NCBI GenBank assembly: GCA_019058295.1
Contig: JAHPZI010000002.1
Coordinates: 32,001 to 96,000 of the forward strand
Length of the DNA stretch: 64,000 bases
Direction of reading: 5' to 3'
Origin: Promethearchaeota archaeon
GTDB taxonomy: Archaea; Asgardarchaeota; Lokiarchaeia; Sigyniarchaeales; SOKP01
Shown here one piece after another: positions 30,291-40,473 of the stretch (the stretch's first letter is position 1; every line of letters starts with the position of its first letter). The notes below the pieces were generated by a model that saw only the letters and a list, made by a program, of their open reading frames with translations, was not told the DNA's origin and ran no database searches. Position numbers and translations under genes: made by a program.

Positions 30291-30410
30291 ATTTATTGAA
30301 CCTCATTAAAATAGGTTATATATTATAATATGAGCTATACTAATTTAAGTACTACTAAACTTGACTGATCTTGAATATTAACCATATTATCTGTAAATAA
30401 TCTTCTGCTA
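30291..30410. repeat. 120-bp direct repeat, copy 2 (orphan promoter copy)
   Basis: Matches 28254-28373; the adjoining ATG of copy 1 reads ATC here. Confidence 0.9.
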
Positions 30411-30563
30411 TAGACATATAGAGTATAATAGAGTATCACTGAAAAATCTTATATATATCAATAATATAACTATTTCATTTCAATTGGAGTAATATTTAGA
30501 GATTCTCTCTTGAATTTACTAAATATTATATAAAATCAAAAACTAATCCATAATTTATATTGG

Positions 30564-31394
30564 TTAAATTTTTTGAAATATTAAAAGAATCGAATGACTA
30601 AAATACTTAGCAAAAATTTTATCTATTAATCCTTTTAATATATGTATAAATTTAGGATTTTCTGCATCCACTAAGAGTTGTAAAGATCTTTTTAAGAAGA
30701 ATTTTAGAAAAAATAATTCATCTTTTAAACCTTTAAGACCAGAATAAGGCTCCACATATACTAATCTAAATTTTTTTTCTTCAAAAGTCTTAATGACTGA
30801 GTTTTTATCTAATACATATTGATAAAAATTATTTGGCTCCTTTTTTTCCAAATAATATTTATTATTAAAAATTCTATACATATTAATTCTCGATTTAAAT
30901 TTCCTAAAGGGTGACATATAAGGGAATGTTAAAAATAAATACCCTTTTGGTTTTATAACTCGCTCCATTTCTTTAAGAATATCATTATAACCATTAAAAT
31001 AATGTTCTATAACTCCTATAGACCAATAACCTGAAAAGAAATTGTCTGGATATTGAATTTGACGAATATCTCCAAACTCTATTTTAAGATTTGGCATTAT
31101 TAAATTAATTTTTTTAACAATATTTTTTGCGTAATCAATACCAATAACATCATATTTCATAAAATTGAGAGAATAAACATTCTGACCTAATCCACATCCT
31201 CCTTCAAGAATTACCCCATTATTTGTTTTTAAAAATTTTTTAGTAATTCTACAAACTAATGATTTTGAATTTGGCTGATAAATATTAGATTTTAATTTTT
31301 TCCAATATTTTAACCATTTAATATTCCAGAAGTTATTTCCTACATTTTTATGAAAATAGATAAGTCTATTTTTCTCAATATCATAAAACTTCAT
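30564..31394 (-). CDS. Class I SAM-dependent methyltransferase
   Basis: ILEGGCGLG, GIDY, GDI, GVIEH, RVIKPKG. Confidence 0.88.
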   Translation of the reverse strand: MKFYDIEKNRLIYFHKNVGNNFWNIKWLKYWKKLKSNIYQPNSKSLVCRITKKFLKTNNGVILEGGCGLGQNVYSLNFMKYDVIGIDYAKNIVKKINLIMPNLKIEFGDIRQIQYPDNFFSGYWSIGVIEHYFNGYNDILKEMERVIKPKGYLFLTFPYMSPFRKFKSRINMYRIFNNKYYLEKKEPNNFYQYVLDKNSVIKTFEEKKFRLVYVEPYSGLKGLKDELFFLKFFLKRSLQLLVDAENPKFIHILKGLIDKIFAKYFSHSILLIFQKI

Positions 31395-31651
31395 TAAATC
31401 TTAATCCTTATTGTATTTTTTAAAATTCTTAAAGTTAATTACTATTTTATTTTAATTTTAAGTTTTTTTATAATCTTATTAAATTCTCTTATCATTATTT
31501 TAAGATTGGTTAAAAAAAATCTCTAATACTTTCATCAATTTTTTATATAATAAAATTTTTAGATTTTTTTTTCAAATGAAAATTCAGCAAATTTACGCAT
31601 AATATATAAAGTATAAGAATATTCTTTATTTTGGATTTATACACAAAAAAA

Positions 31652-31672
31652 TTTATAAAGGAGCAATACTCC
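31652..31672 (+). promoter_or_regulatory. TATA box plus third copy of the TetR-type operator
   Basis: TTTATAAAG-GAGCAATACTC-C, same layout as 29022-29042. Confidence 0.7.
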
Positions 31673-31713
31673 TATATAATAGAAATTTTAAAAATATAAA
31701 TTAATAATACAGC

Positions 31714-32298
31714 GTGTTAGGAATAATGCTAAGCGACGATAAAGAATTTGAAAAGATAGTAGAGATGAGTAAAAAGTCATCTGAAGTAATGGAAGAGATT
31801 GCTAGAATGTCGAAATCTGAAACTGTAGATTTGATAGTTGATCACGAATTAAAAGGCGTTTCTGTGAACGCTCTAGATTGGTGGTGGGGCCATATCGATA
31901 ATACAGAACGCTATAAATTATGGCACCCTAATGATCACATTTCATTTAAATGGGAAAAACCTCCCGAAGAGGGACATTTTGGTGCGATCCATTGCGTTAT
32001 AGAAACGATTAAAGTTCCCACCATGTTACGAATTCGTTGGGAAGACCCAAGTTCAATACCCATAAAAGCAACCTACAGCCATTTAGCGGCAGGAAGTGTC
32101 CTTGATAGCAATGATAAACCTCTCAGTTGGATATTACATGAATACGAGCCTATTGATGATGGGACGCGATTGCGTACCACATTTCGATTACCCGCAAAGT
32201 CTCCCCGATGGTTTTTAAAAGCTCTGCGTAAACATAATATTGAAGAGATAGGTGAATTTACAAATTTTTTACCATCGTTATACGAAGAGAATAAGTAA
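31714..32298 (+). CDS. DAPG hydrolase (PhlG)/phloretin hydrolase-like protein
   Basis: DWWWGH...RYKLWHPNDH, H-x3-E, H-x3-E-x3-F-x2-FLP-x-LY pattern. True start may be ATG 31726. Confidence 0.7.
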   Translation: MLGIMLSDDKEFEKIVEMSKKSSEVMEEIARMSKSETVDLIVDHELKGVSVNALDWWWGHIDNTERYKLWHPNDHISFKWEKPPEEGHFGAIHCVIETIKVPTMLRIRWEDPSSIPIKATYSHLAAGSVLDSNDKPLSWILHEYEPIDDGTRLRTTFRLPAKSPRWFLKALRKHNIEEIGEFTNFLPSLYEENK

Positions 32299-32310
32299 TT
32301 TAAATTCTTT

Positions 32311-33381
32311 TTAATGTAGTTGTTTTCTTAATTCTTTTAGGATATTCTCAACTTTTTTATCTTTTATCCAATATCGAATTTTTTTAGATTTCAGTAAGGT
32401 TTGAATTTTTTCGTTTAATTCATTTAATTTTCGACGATCCTCTTCCGATAATTGAGGTATTGCCTCTATTATTTTTTCTTTTACTTTTTCAATTTCTTTT
32501 TCGATAATTGGAATACTAAACTGTTCTTTACCTTCAATAAGTCTCTTTCTCAAGATTTCTTTAATGTTTTTAACCCATCCTTTAATCCAGGGATAATTTC
32601 CTTGCTTTTTTGGGTCCTCTATAACGATATTTTTTCTTTCGACCACAATTAAATCATCAGGGCATGAATTCTCGCAAGCACCGCAGTAAAAACATGCATC
32701 TTCATTACATGCAATTTTTCCATATTTTATGACATCTTCGGCGCTTTCTGGAATAAAAAAAGATTCTGTGGGGCATAGATTAACACAAGCTTTACAACCT
32801 TGCGGATCACACTTCCACAACATATTTTTTTTGATAATTACTTCTCCCTCTATAGGAGAATCAATATGAAAACATTGAGTGGGACACTCTTTTTCAATTC
32901 TGAAATAATCTTTTACGCTGTTTCTATTTCGCACCTTTAAACATAATTCACAAATCTCGTTATTAAGATCTTCAACACATTTATCCTCATCGATTTTGTA
33001 AAATTTACCTATTGTAGGAAATTCATCAAGGTCAATTTGCCCTTCAGGTTCAAAATTTTCGTGAAATGCGTCGGTTGGGCAAACTATGGCGCACAACATG
33101 CAGTAGCAGCATTTTTCATGGTCAATTAAAAGTTTAGGATTAGATTCGTCTAAAATGTTTTGAGCTATTTCTGGAATTGGTCCAAGCTCAATAGCATCAA
33201 CAGGACATACAAGTTTACATAAACTACAACCTATGCATTTTTTAATATCGTACGTAAGTTCTTTTTTAATATCCTTATATTTCCAGTTGAGAAGGAATTG
33301 TTCTGGCCCAATTTCTAACCCTTTTTCAATTTTCTCTTCCGTTTCATCTTGAACATTATCTTCTTTAGACGCTTGAGTTAT
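32311..33381 (-). CDS. Polyferredoxin (4Fe-4S dicluster, FwdF-like)
   Basis: Frame is open upstream of the track start, adding CIGCSLCKLVCP and CCYCMLCAIVCP; further CxxCxxCxxxCP motifs downstream. Start placed at ATA 33381 (inferred). Confidence 0.85.
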   Translation of the reverse strand: MTQASKEDNVQDETEEKIEKGLEIGPEQFLLNWKYKDIKKELTYDIKKCIGCSLCKLVCPVDAIELGPIPEIAQNILDESNPKLLIDHEKCCYCMLCAIVCPTDAFHENFEPEGQIDLDEFPTIGKFYKIDEDKCVEDLNNEICELCLKVRNRNSVKDYFRIEKECPTQCFHIDSPIEGEVIIKKNMLWKCDPQGCKACVNLCPTESFFIPESAEDVIKYGKIACNEDACFYCGACENSCPDDLIVVERKNIVIEDPKKQGNYPWIKGWVKNIKEILRKRLIEGKEQFSIPIIEKEIEKVKEKIIEAIPQLSEEDRRKLNELNEKIQTLLKSKKIRYWIKDKKVENILKELRKQLH

Positions 33382-33532
33382 TTTTAATCGACCACACTAA
33401 AAATTTTCCTTTTTCCTAAGTATTCTAAAGTGTTTCTTTTTATTAATTTTAATGACTAAAAATTAAAATAAAAAAAAAAATTGCTATTTAGAATTAATAA
33501 ATTGATCTCAAAAAAATCAAAAAAAAATTAAT

Positions 33533-34906
33533 TTATATTAGAGCTTGAAGTTTTGCAATTTTTTTTTCTACTTTTTTTCTACTGGATTTATTATCAGAAT
33601 AAATTGAAAATTCTTTTAGAATTTCAAGTGCTTTTTGATAATGTCGTATGGCATTGTAGTAATCACTCTTTTTCTCAGCTTTCTCACCAGCATTTTGGGT
33701 GTATTCAAGTTCCATTTCTTTATACTTTTTATCAAGTTCTAGAACCATGAATGAAATTCTGCCAATAATATTTTTAAAATTGAACCCGGTTGCCAGATAA
33801 AGCGCTTTTTCATATTCTTTTTGTGCCTCTGTATAGGCTAAAGTCTTTTCGGCAGTTTGAGCTTTCTTAATGAAATGGTCTATTAATTTTTTTGCCTCTT
33901 CATTGTCTATATGTTTAGCTTTTTCTTTTAATTCTTCTATCTCATTATCAGCAGCAATTATTGGGGAAATTAGTTTATTACTAGCTATTCTTATTGCATA
34001 TGTTTCTTCAAAGTATTCAACGTTGTTTTGAACTGTTTCAAGAGTAGTGGGAATTATTACATCTTTTTCTAAAAGCTGATAGATTTCATAAAGAATAACC
34101 TTCGGCTCAATCTTGAAAGTTTTTTTAACCTCATCAAGTAAATTATTGATAAAAAAGAATGGTTTTGAAGCTAGAAAATCTTTAGCAAAGTCTACAGCTG
34201 CTTTTTGAATATAATTCTTATTAATTGATTCCATTACATCCGGGGAAAAAGTATGTGTAAGAATCATTGGAAACACTAATTTGACATTGAATGTATCAAC
34301 CATAAAATCAATTGTATCATCAAAATCGAGAACTCCTGTTTTTAAATTCTCTATAATTTTATCTCGATAATTCCTTTCATAAACGTTCAAAAATGCATTA
34401 AGGAGATTTTTTAGGTCGTCAGAAGCAATTTCGTCCAATATCAAGCAGACTCTTATAAGTTCTCCATTTTTAAGTAAGACATTGAAGTTTTTGTAATTGA
34501 ATTCGTAGAATTGTTGGTCTGTTGCAAAATTTGTACTCTCTTCTGAAGCGTTGTCTGTTTCAGAAAAAATTATATTCGCTTGCATAAAACCGGTCAATAA
34601 ATCTATATCCATCCCTATCCTTGAAATTGGATAATTCACAATAGGTAACCCAGACTCTTTTGACAATATTAAAATATGCTTTAAGTTCAAAACATCTAAG
34701 AATTTTTGCCAGATTAAGTCACGTAACATTTCCATGCGTTTTTCTTCAGAATCCATCTCGAAAACTCTTATATTATCATTTATTTCGAGACCAAGTTCTC
34801 GAATCCGAATCATAACGCATTCCGTACAGTGATTTGGATATTTATCACATTCTTTTTTATCATATCCGCAATTAAATCCTATGCGACTAATCTGAAAATA
34901 AACCAA
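33533..34906 (-). CDS. Hypothetical protein with possible longin-like domain and C-terminal TPR-like helices
   Basis: ILILSKESGLP...DLLTGFMQA pattern; AQKEYEKAL and AIRHYQKAL helices; Cys-rich N-terminus. Confidence 0.55.
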   Translation of the reverse strand: MVYFQISRIGFNCGYDKKECDKYPNHCTECVMIRIRELGLEINDNIRVFEMDSEEKRMEMLRDLIWQKFLDVLNLKHILILSKESGLPIVNYPISRIGMDIDLLTGFMQANIIFSETDNASEESTNFATDQQFYEFNYKNFNVLLKNGELIRVCLILDEIASDDLKNLLNAFLNVYERNYRDKIIENLKTGVLDFDDTIDFMVDTFNVKLVFPMILTHTFSPDVMESINKNYIQKAAVDFAKDFLASKPFFFINNLLDEVKKTFKIEPKVILYEIYQLLEKDVIIPTTLETVQNNVEYFEETYAIRIASNKLISPIIAADNEIEELKEKAKHIDNEEAKKLIDHFIKKAQTAEKTLAYTEAQKEYEKALYLATGFNFKNIIGRISFMVLELDKKYKEMELEYTQNAGEKAEKKSDYYNAIRHYQKALEILKEFSIYSDNKSSRKKVEKKIAKLQALI

Positions 34907-35294
34907 TTAAACCACAAATAAGTATTTAATGAATTGTCGAATTTTAAAAATATTTCAGTATATTCTCTTTTTTTATATATTCTTATTTTTTTACTATTTA
35001 AATAGTTAGTAAATTTTGAGTTTTTAAATTTTTAGAAACCATAAAATAAATTATTTTTCATGTTTTAGAAAGATAAAAAGACAAATCTCATTCTTTTTAG
35101 GATTTTTTTCACACTTATTTTTGTCTTAAAAGTAAATAGGATTAAATCTTGAAAGAATAAATTATATTAATACCAATTGCATAATAGATATTAATACCTA
35201 TATATAGGTTTTTTAAACAGAATTTAACTAAAAAATAAGATAATTTATTTTAATTAGTAATTAGTTAAAATAAAATTAAACAAGGGTTATAAGA

Positions 35295-35834
35295 ATGGAA
35301 TTAAAAAGATTCAAAAAACTTCATTTGATTCTTTTGTTGATCTTTCTATGTTCTATAATAACAATGGCATTTTTGTCAACAAATTCTAATGTTAACTCTG
35401 ATTGTGTAGATAAGACTTCAATTACAATTAACTCTGGAAATCAACCTAAGAGTTCACAAGAGCCTTTTGAAATGATTCAAGATTTTTCAGCGTCTACATA
35501 TTTTATATCTCCATACACATCACCCGGGGAGAATGACGAGGTTTATTTTTCTTTTATGGCAAATAAAAAGGGAAATTATACGATTAGAATTGATAATTAC
35601 CCCGCATTCATAACTGATTCAGAGATTGAAGAATATCATCCTTCATTTGATAATCCAAGTGGTACAGACTTATGGTATATGGGTTTTTATGAAGTAGACT
35701 CTTCATTAAATAATTTTGGTACGATTAATCTTAAATGGATGTTAAGTGAAGATAAAGGGAAAACGTGGGAGAATAACCTAATAAAGAATATTACAGCGCC
35801 CGCATCAGACAATCCCCTTTATTGGCGTTATTAG
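35295..35834 (+). CDS. N-terminal part (signal peptide, first Asp-box) of a large surface protein, ended by an in-frame TAG
   Basis: Basic-hydrophobic signal sequence and SEDKGKTW; same frame as 35877-39884 with no other stop between. Confidence 0.7.
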   Translation: MELKRFKKLHLILLLIFLCSIITMAFLSTNSNVNSDCVDKTSITINSGNQPKSSQEPFEMIQDFSASTYFISPYTSPGENDEVYFSFMANKKGNYTIRIDNYPAFITDSEIEEYHPSFDNPSGTDLWYMGFYEVDSSLNNFGTINLKWMLSEDKGKTWENNLIKNITAPASDNPLYWRY

Positions 35835-35876
35835 ATATTAGGATCTGCATTTGCAGCTAATCCAGAAACAGGGGTT

Positions 35877-38800
35877 ATGTTCTATATTACTTGGTTAAAT
35901 AGAACAGATCTTGTATGTATAAGATCTTTGGATAATGGTACAACATGGAGTGACCCAATAACAATTTTTAATTCAACGGTTATGGGAGCTAAAAATTCCT
36001 TGGATATTTATACAGCTCCACGAATGGACGTGGCAATACTAAAAAACGGCACGATATTGATAGTAAGTGAATGTGATGATGCACAATATACTGATTTGGT
36101 ATTTGTTCAAAGTGATAATAATGGAACCGAAGGGAGTTGGATTGCTCCTCAAAATGTAACTTGTGCGGTTGATGTATTTGGATTTAACCCAGAAGCAAAT
36201 GTTCCAAAAATTCAAGTAAATCGTAGTTCTGGCGTTTATTGGTTAATGTGGAATGCTTATAGACAAGGTGCAGGGACTTATAGAAATGATACAAAACGTT
36301 GGGCACAATTTCAACCAAATCAGAGTCCCTATACTAATGTTCAAACTAAAAACGTGACAGACAATGACTTGAGGGGAAGTTTTGATTTTTATTATGACCA
36401 TCATAATGAAAAAATTAGATTAATTAGGCTTTCAAGTCCTTATGGTATCCAAATAGAAAATTGGACATGTACAAACTTTAACGATAATGATTGGACAAGA
36501 ACAATACTGGGAGAATATAGTGATCTCGGAGCCATAGATTCCACATCAAGATATATTAATTACATATATTCTGACAATAAAAATAATATATTATATAGAG
36601 CACAATATCTCGGAAATACTGAGATTTTTCGTTATACTGTCCTTCCAGAAAGCATTTTTTTTATAAGGAAAGGATTATTTGATGCGGATCAACTAGTCCA
36701 AGTTCGTTGGAAGGGACGTAAATTTGACGGTTCTCCAATTGAGACTTCATTAGCTAAAGTTCTTTTTAGGGAAAATTACACCAATGAGGTTGGTGAAGTA
36801 GAACTTTTCATTATTATCGACAATTATAATCCTTCAATCAAAGAATTCCAACAAAACAGACAATATTTTAATCCTTTATCTTCCAACATAACTCTAACAG
36901 AAATACCATGGGAAATTCTTCCATCAGAGTCATGTGATGCATATTTGGAAGTTTTCAGTCAGGATATTGGGATAAGTGAATGGAATCAAATATTAGAAAA
37001 TAATTGGGATGACCGCCAACCTAAAATTTTCTATTCATATAGAGGGATATTATATGTCGCTTATAACAGCTTTGAATCTGGGAGGGACATCATTTATCTC
37101 ATCAAATCTTATGACAAGGGGATTACATGGTCAGATCCCATAAAAATTTATGAATCTACGCACCAAATTGCAGAAAGCGGTTTTCAATGTGCTGCCTGGG
37201 GCGATACTGTTTGCATACTTGTTCATAAAACCAATGAGGAACGCTTATTATTCCGAAGTTTTGATCAAGGTTCTACCTTTCAAGATCCCATAAACATATA
37301 TGACGCTAATTTGTTTGATGATGACGCTAAGCTCGTTTCTGATATGGTATTTACTAAAAATGGAACCATTTTTATAACATATCGAAATGATACTACTCAA
37401 TTCTATATTATACGCTCAGGCGATCTTGGAATTAATTGGACAGTGTCTAATATTTTTCCCGGAAACAATTCTTGGAGTACAGATTCAGGCGAACCTTTCT
37501 TAGCATATGATCCTGAAAATGATTTAGTCCATTTCGCAATGACCTTAGACAAGACACTGTCGCTTGAAAGTAGAATTGTAAATTTATCCATTGCAAGACT
37601 AAACGTTAGTATTAATCAATGGTCAACTCTTGAGAGCCTTAATTTGATAGAGGGAAGCTTTTTCACTCAGTTTTTTAACTTTATTATTACAAAAGATAAT
37701 AAAACCGCAACACCTAAGACAAAAATTACTTTTTTGGGGAACCTTACAATCCCAGATATAACCTTCACAATTAAAGAATTTGTCTCATATGATCTAGGAG
37801 ATAATTGGGGTAGTATGACGGTTTCAGATACTGATTTCTTTCAATCTGTGTGCACAAATTTAGCTGAAATTTTCTATATAAGAGCTGAAAGTGATGGGAA
37901 TGATGAGGAACTTTTCATTAAGAGAGAGGGAAGATTAGTTAAAACAGATTCATTTTCTCTTTCCACTTTTTTTTCATCAGAAATTACTTTTGATGGTATT
38001 GATGATTTTGAAGCTTACATAGATGAAGGAAATTATACATATGTAATAAGGCTAGAGGATTATGCAGGAAATAGTATGGAAGAAATCGGTTGGCTTTTTG
38101 CTGATTATAATGCTCCTCAAATAACAGATCTTTCGACGAGCCTAGGTGCTCCTCTTCCACTATATGACTTAACAATTATAGTCGACGTAACAGATGCTAT
38201 TAACTTTACAGTATATCTTCATTATAAGAGAGATGATGGTTCGTGGCAAAAGGTTCAAATGCATAATAATAGTGAGGATTCCTTTTCAGCTGTCATTCCG
38301 GGTGAGACAAATATTAATCGAATTGAATATTATGTAAGTGCTATTGATCTTGCAGGAAATGAATATATCTTGGATAACGACGGTAGTCATTATTCATATG
38401 GCATGCCAAATTTTGTTTGGTCAAGTGAAGGGCTGTTTAAGGAAGATAAAGATTACTCGTCTTCTAACTCCTATACATTTACTATAACAATATCGAGTGA
38501 CCTTGAATATGTCCAAGATGTTATATTTCGCTATTCTTATGATGAAGGAAATGATTGGGATGATTTAGAACTAGAACAGAGTAGTCCTGAATTTGAGGGT
38601 GAACTTGATGATATTCCAGGAGATTTACGAGAGCTTTACTATAAAATAATAATAATTGACATCTATGGAAACGAGTATGAATTAACAGATACACGAAAAA
38701 TCGAATTCTATCCAGAAGTACCGCGCCCTGAAGTTGATGTTTTTTGGACAAATATCTTAATAATAATTTCTGCAATTATAGGATTCTTGGTCGCGTTTGG

Positions 38801-39884
38801 ATATATCAGATTAAAGAACCTAAGTCATGAGAAGATATACCAAAAAATTTTAAGAAGAGAATTCATAAAAAAACCCAAAGAGCCAAAAGAAGAGCTTGAA
38901 GCTGAAGCTGAAATAATACCTTTAGAATCCACAAAGATTGCAACACCATTTACAATGACATATTTGGCTGTTTTATGCGGGACAGTGCTGTTATTTTCCT
39001 TAGGCATATTAGTTGCATATATCACGCCGGCGATGGGAATACTTATACTAGCAGGTAGTCTATTATTGGGTGTTTATGGGTATATGATTCTCATGAGTAG
39101 GGATATCACAATCAATGTCTACTTAGAACGAATTTATACTAAAAATATTATCCTTGAGTCCTTCCAAATGGCTTTCATGTTTTTCAATATCCTGATGATT
39201 TTAATAGTTGGATATTCAATGGATTGGTTTCGATATTATCTCGTAGAATCTACTTTCAATTTTGGTGATGTATCTATACCAAGATTATATCTTTCGGTAA
39301 TTGGTGTGTTTTTTACCTCATTAGTTCTGGTAATTATTACCACTTACGTTCAACTCAGGAAGATAGTTGTTAATATTCTTAAACAAAAATCTCAGGGAGC
39401 TTCTGAAAATATGTTATTATATTTAAAAGACCAAAATTCATCACGCATGATTACACATACGGGATATAAGACGATTGTATTTTTAGTAACTGTTCTTTTG
39501 GCTATTGTTACGACTACAAATCTATTAACGAATGAGACTGGGGTTTTATTAATAATAGTTCTTCTTCCTTTTGCGTTTTCTGGCTTGTTAGCTTTAATAA
39601 TTCATCGGCTTATTGAAAGAAAGAAGATAAAGAAAGAGAAAGAGCATATGGAAATGCTTTTTGTTGATTCTAAAAAGATATGTACTAAATGTGGTGAATC
39701 CGCATATCTATCCAATAAATTCTGTGGATCATGTGGAGCCCAGCTAATTTTCGAAGATATGATGGGGACTTATGTATCAAGATGTACTGAATGTAATGCC
39801 CTTCTCGATGAAAACGCAAAGCACTGTACCGAATGTGGAAAAGAAGTTCAACAAAAGAGTATTATAAAAAAAAATAATAAATAA
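35877..39884 (+). CDS. BNR/Asp-box (sialidase-like propeller) surface protein with Ig-like domains, C-terminal transmembrane bundle and double zinc ribbon
   Basis: SLDNGTTW, SYDKGITW, SFDQGSTF, SGDLGINW, SYDLGDNW, SYDEGNDW; DLAGN-type repeats; four CxxC at the C-terminus. Confidence 0.8.
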   Translation: MFYITWLNRTDLVCIRSLDNGTTWSDPITIFNSTVMGAKNSLDIYTAPRMDVAILKNGTILIVSECDDAQYTDLVFVQSDNNGTEGSWIAPQNVTCAVDVFGFNPEANVPKIQVNRSSGVYWLMWNAYRQGAGTYRNDTKRWAQFQPNQSPYTNVQTKNVTDNDLRGSFDFYYDHHNEKIRLIRLSSPYGIQIENWTCTNFNDNDWTRTILGEYSDLGAIDSTSRYINYIYSDNKNNILYRAQYLGNTEIFRYTVLPESIFFIRKGLFDADQLVQVRWKGRKFDGSPIETSLAKVLFRENYTNEVGEVELFIIIDNYNPSIKEFQQNRQYFNPLSSNITLTEIPWEILPSESCDAYLEVFSQDIGISEWNQILENNWDDRQPKIFYSYRGILYVAYNSFESGRDIIYLIKSYDKGITWSDPIKIYESTHQIAESGFQCAAWGDTVCILVHKTNEERLLFRSFDQGSTFQDPINIYDANLFDDDAKLVSDMVFTKNGTIFITYRNDTTQFYIIRSGDLGINWTVSNIFPGNNSWSTDSGEPFLAYDPENDLVHFAMTLDKTLSLESRIVNLSIARLNVSINQWSTLESLNLIEGSFFTQFFNFIITKDNKTATPKTKITFLGNLTIPDITFTIKEFVSYDLGDNWGSMTVSDTDFFQSVCTNLAEIFYIRAESDGNDEELFIKREGRLVKTDSFSLSTFFSSEITFDGIDDFEAYIDEGNYTYVIRLEDYAGNSMEEIGWLFADYNAPQITDLSTSLGAPLPLYDLTIIVDVTDAINFTVYLHYKRDDGSWQKVQMHNNSEDSFSAVIPGETNINRIEYYVSAIDLAGNEYILDNDGSHYSYGMPNFVWSSEGLFKEDKDYSSSNSYTFTITISSDLEYVQDVIFRYSYDEGNDWDDLELEQSSPEFEGELDDIPGDLRELYYKIIIIDIYGNEYELTDTRKIEFYPEVPRPEVDVFWTNILIIISAIIGFLVAFGYIRLKNLSHEKIYQKILRREFIKKPKEPKEELEAEAEIIPLESTKIATPFTMTYLAVLCGTVLLFSLGILVAYITPAMGILILAGSLLLGVYGYMILMSRDITINVYLERIYTKNIILESFQMAFMFFNILMILIVGYSMDWFRYYLVESTFNFGDVSIPRLYLSVIGVFFTSLVLVIITTYVQLRKIVVNILKQKSQGASENMLLYLKDQNSSRMITHTGYKTIVFLVTVLLAIVTTTNLLTNETGVLLIIVLLPFAFSGLLALIIHRLIERKKIKKEKEHMEMLFVDSKKICTKCGESAYLSNKFCGSCGAQLIFEDMMGTYVSRCTECNALLDENAKHCTECGKEVQQKSIIKKNNK

Positions 39885-39936
39885 TTTTTTTTCTATTTTA
39901 ATTACTTTTTATTTTTCAAATTTTTTCGCAACAGGT

Positions 39937-40446
39937 TTATGAATAATAGGAATAACTTTCCTTATCAAAACCGTTGACATATTCAATTGAAATTCCATCT
40001 GGACGATATTCTGGAGGATTATAAATTAAATTTAAATCTGGAAAATAAGCTCCGATTCCTTTTTTTGCTAGAATTATAGCAGGATGATTATTATTTGCGA
40101 AGATTTCTTCACTAATTTTTAGGGTGATAACACGGCATTGGTGCTCGTTCCATACACCTAAAGAATGAATATACTCATGCAATAGAATATGATAAGTATA
40201 GGCCCAAACTATTTCATAGGGTTGTTTTTCAAGAATAATTTTCAAAGGTGTTTTGTTCATAATAATATCGGTTCCTGGAGGAAAATGCATTCCACCAATA
40301 AATGCGCCTTGATACATTCCCATTTCTGCCAAACCCAAGTTTAAACCAGCCCTATGACGCCCTAGGATCTGCTTTACATCAGCTCGAACTTTTTCAAAAA
40401 TATCAGGCATTTCTTTCTTTAATTCTTTAAAATTTATATTATTCAC
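39937..40446 (-). CDS. Small zincin-like metallopeptidase
   Basis: HILLHEYIHSLG (HExxH). Confidence 0.75.
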   Translation of the reverse strand: MNNINFKELKKEMPDIFEKVRADVKQILGRHRAGLNLGLAEMGMYQGAFIGGMHFPPGTDIIMNKTPLKIILEKQPYEIVWAYTYHILLHEYIHSLGVWNEHQCRVITLKISEEIFANNNHPAIILAKKGIGAYFPDLNLIYNPPEYRPDGISIEYVNGFDKESYSYYS

Positions 40447-40473
40447 CCAATTTTAGTTTTAGTTTTTACTAAA

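Noticed and set aside
35802-35854. BHB-like fold (CAGA/TCTG helix with CAA and CAT bulges) around the in-frame TAG of the surface protein gene
   Set aside because: Canonical cuts would remove 38 nt, shifting the frame into an immediate TAA, and the outer helix begins with a mismatch. Splicing does not rescue the gene.
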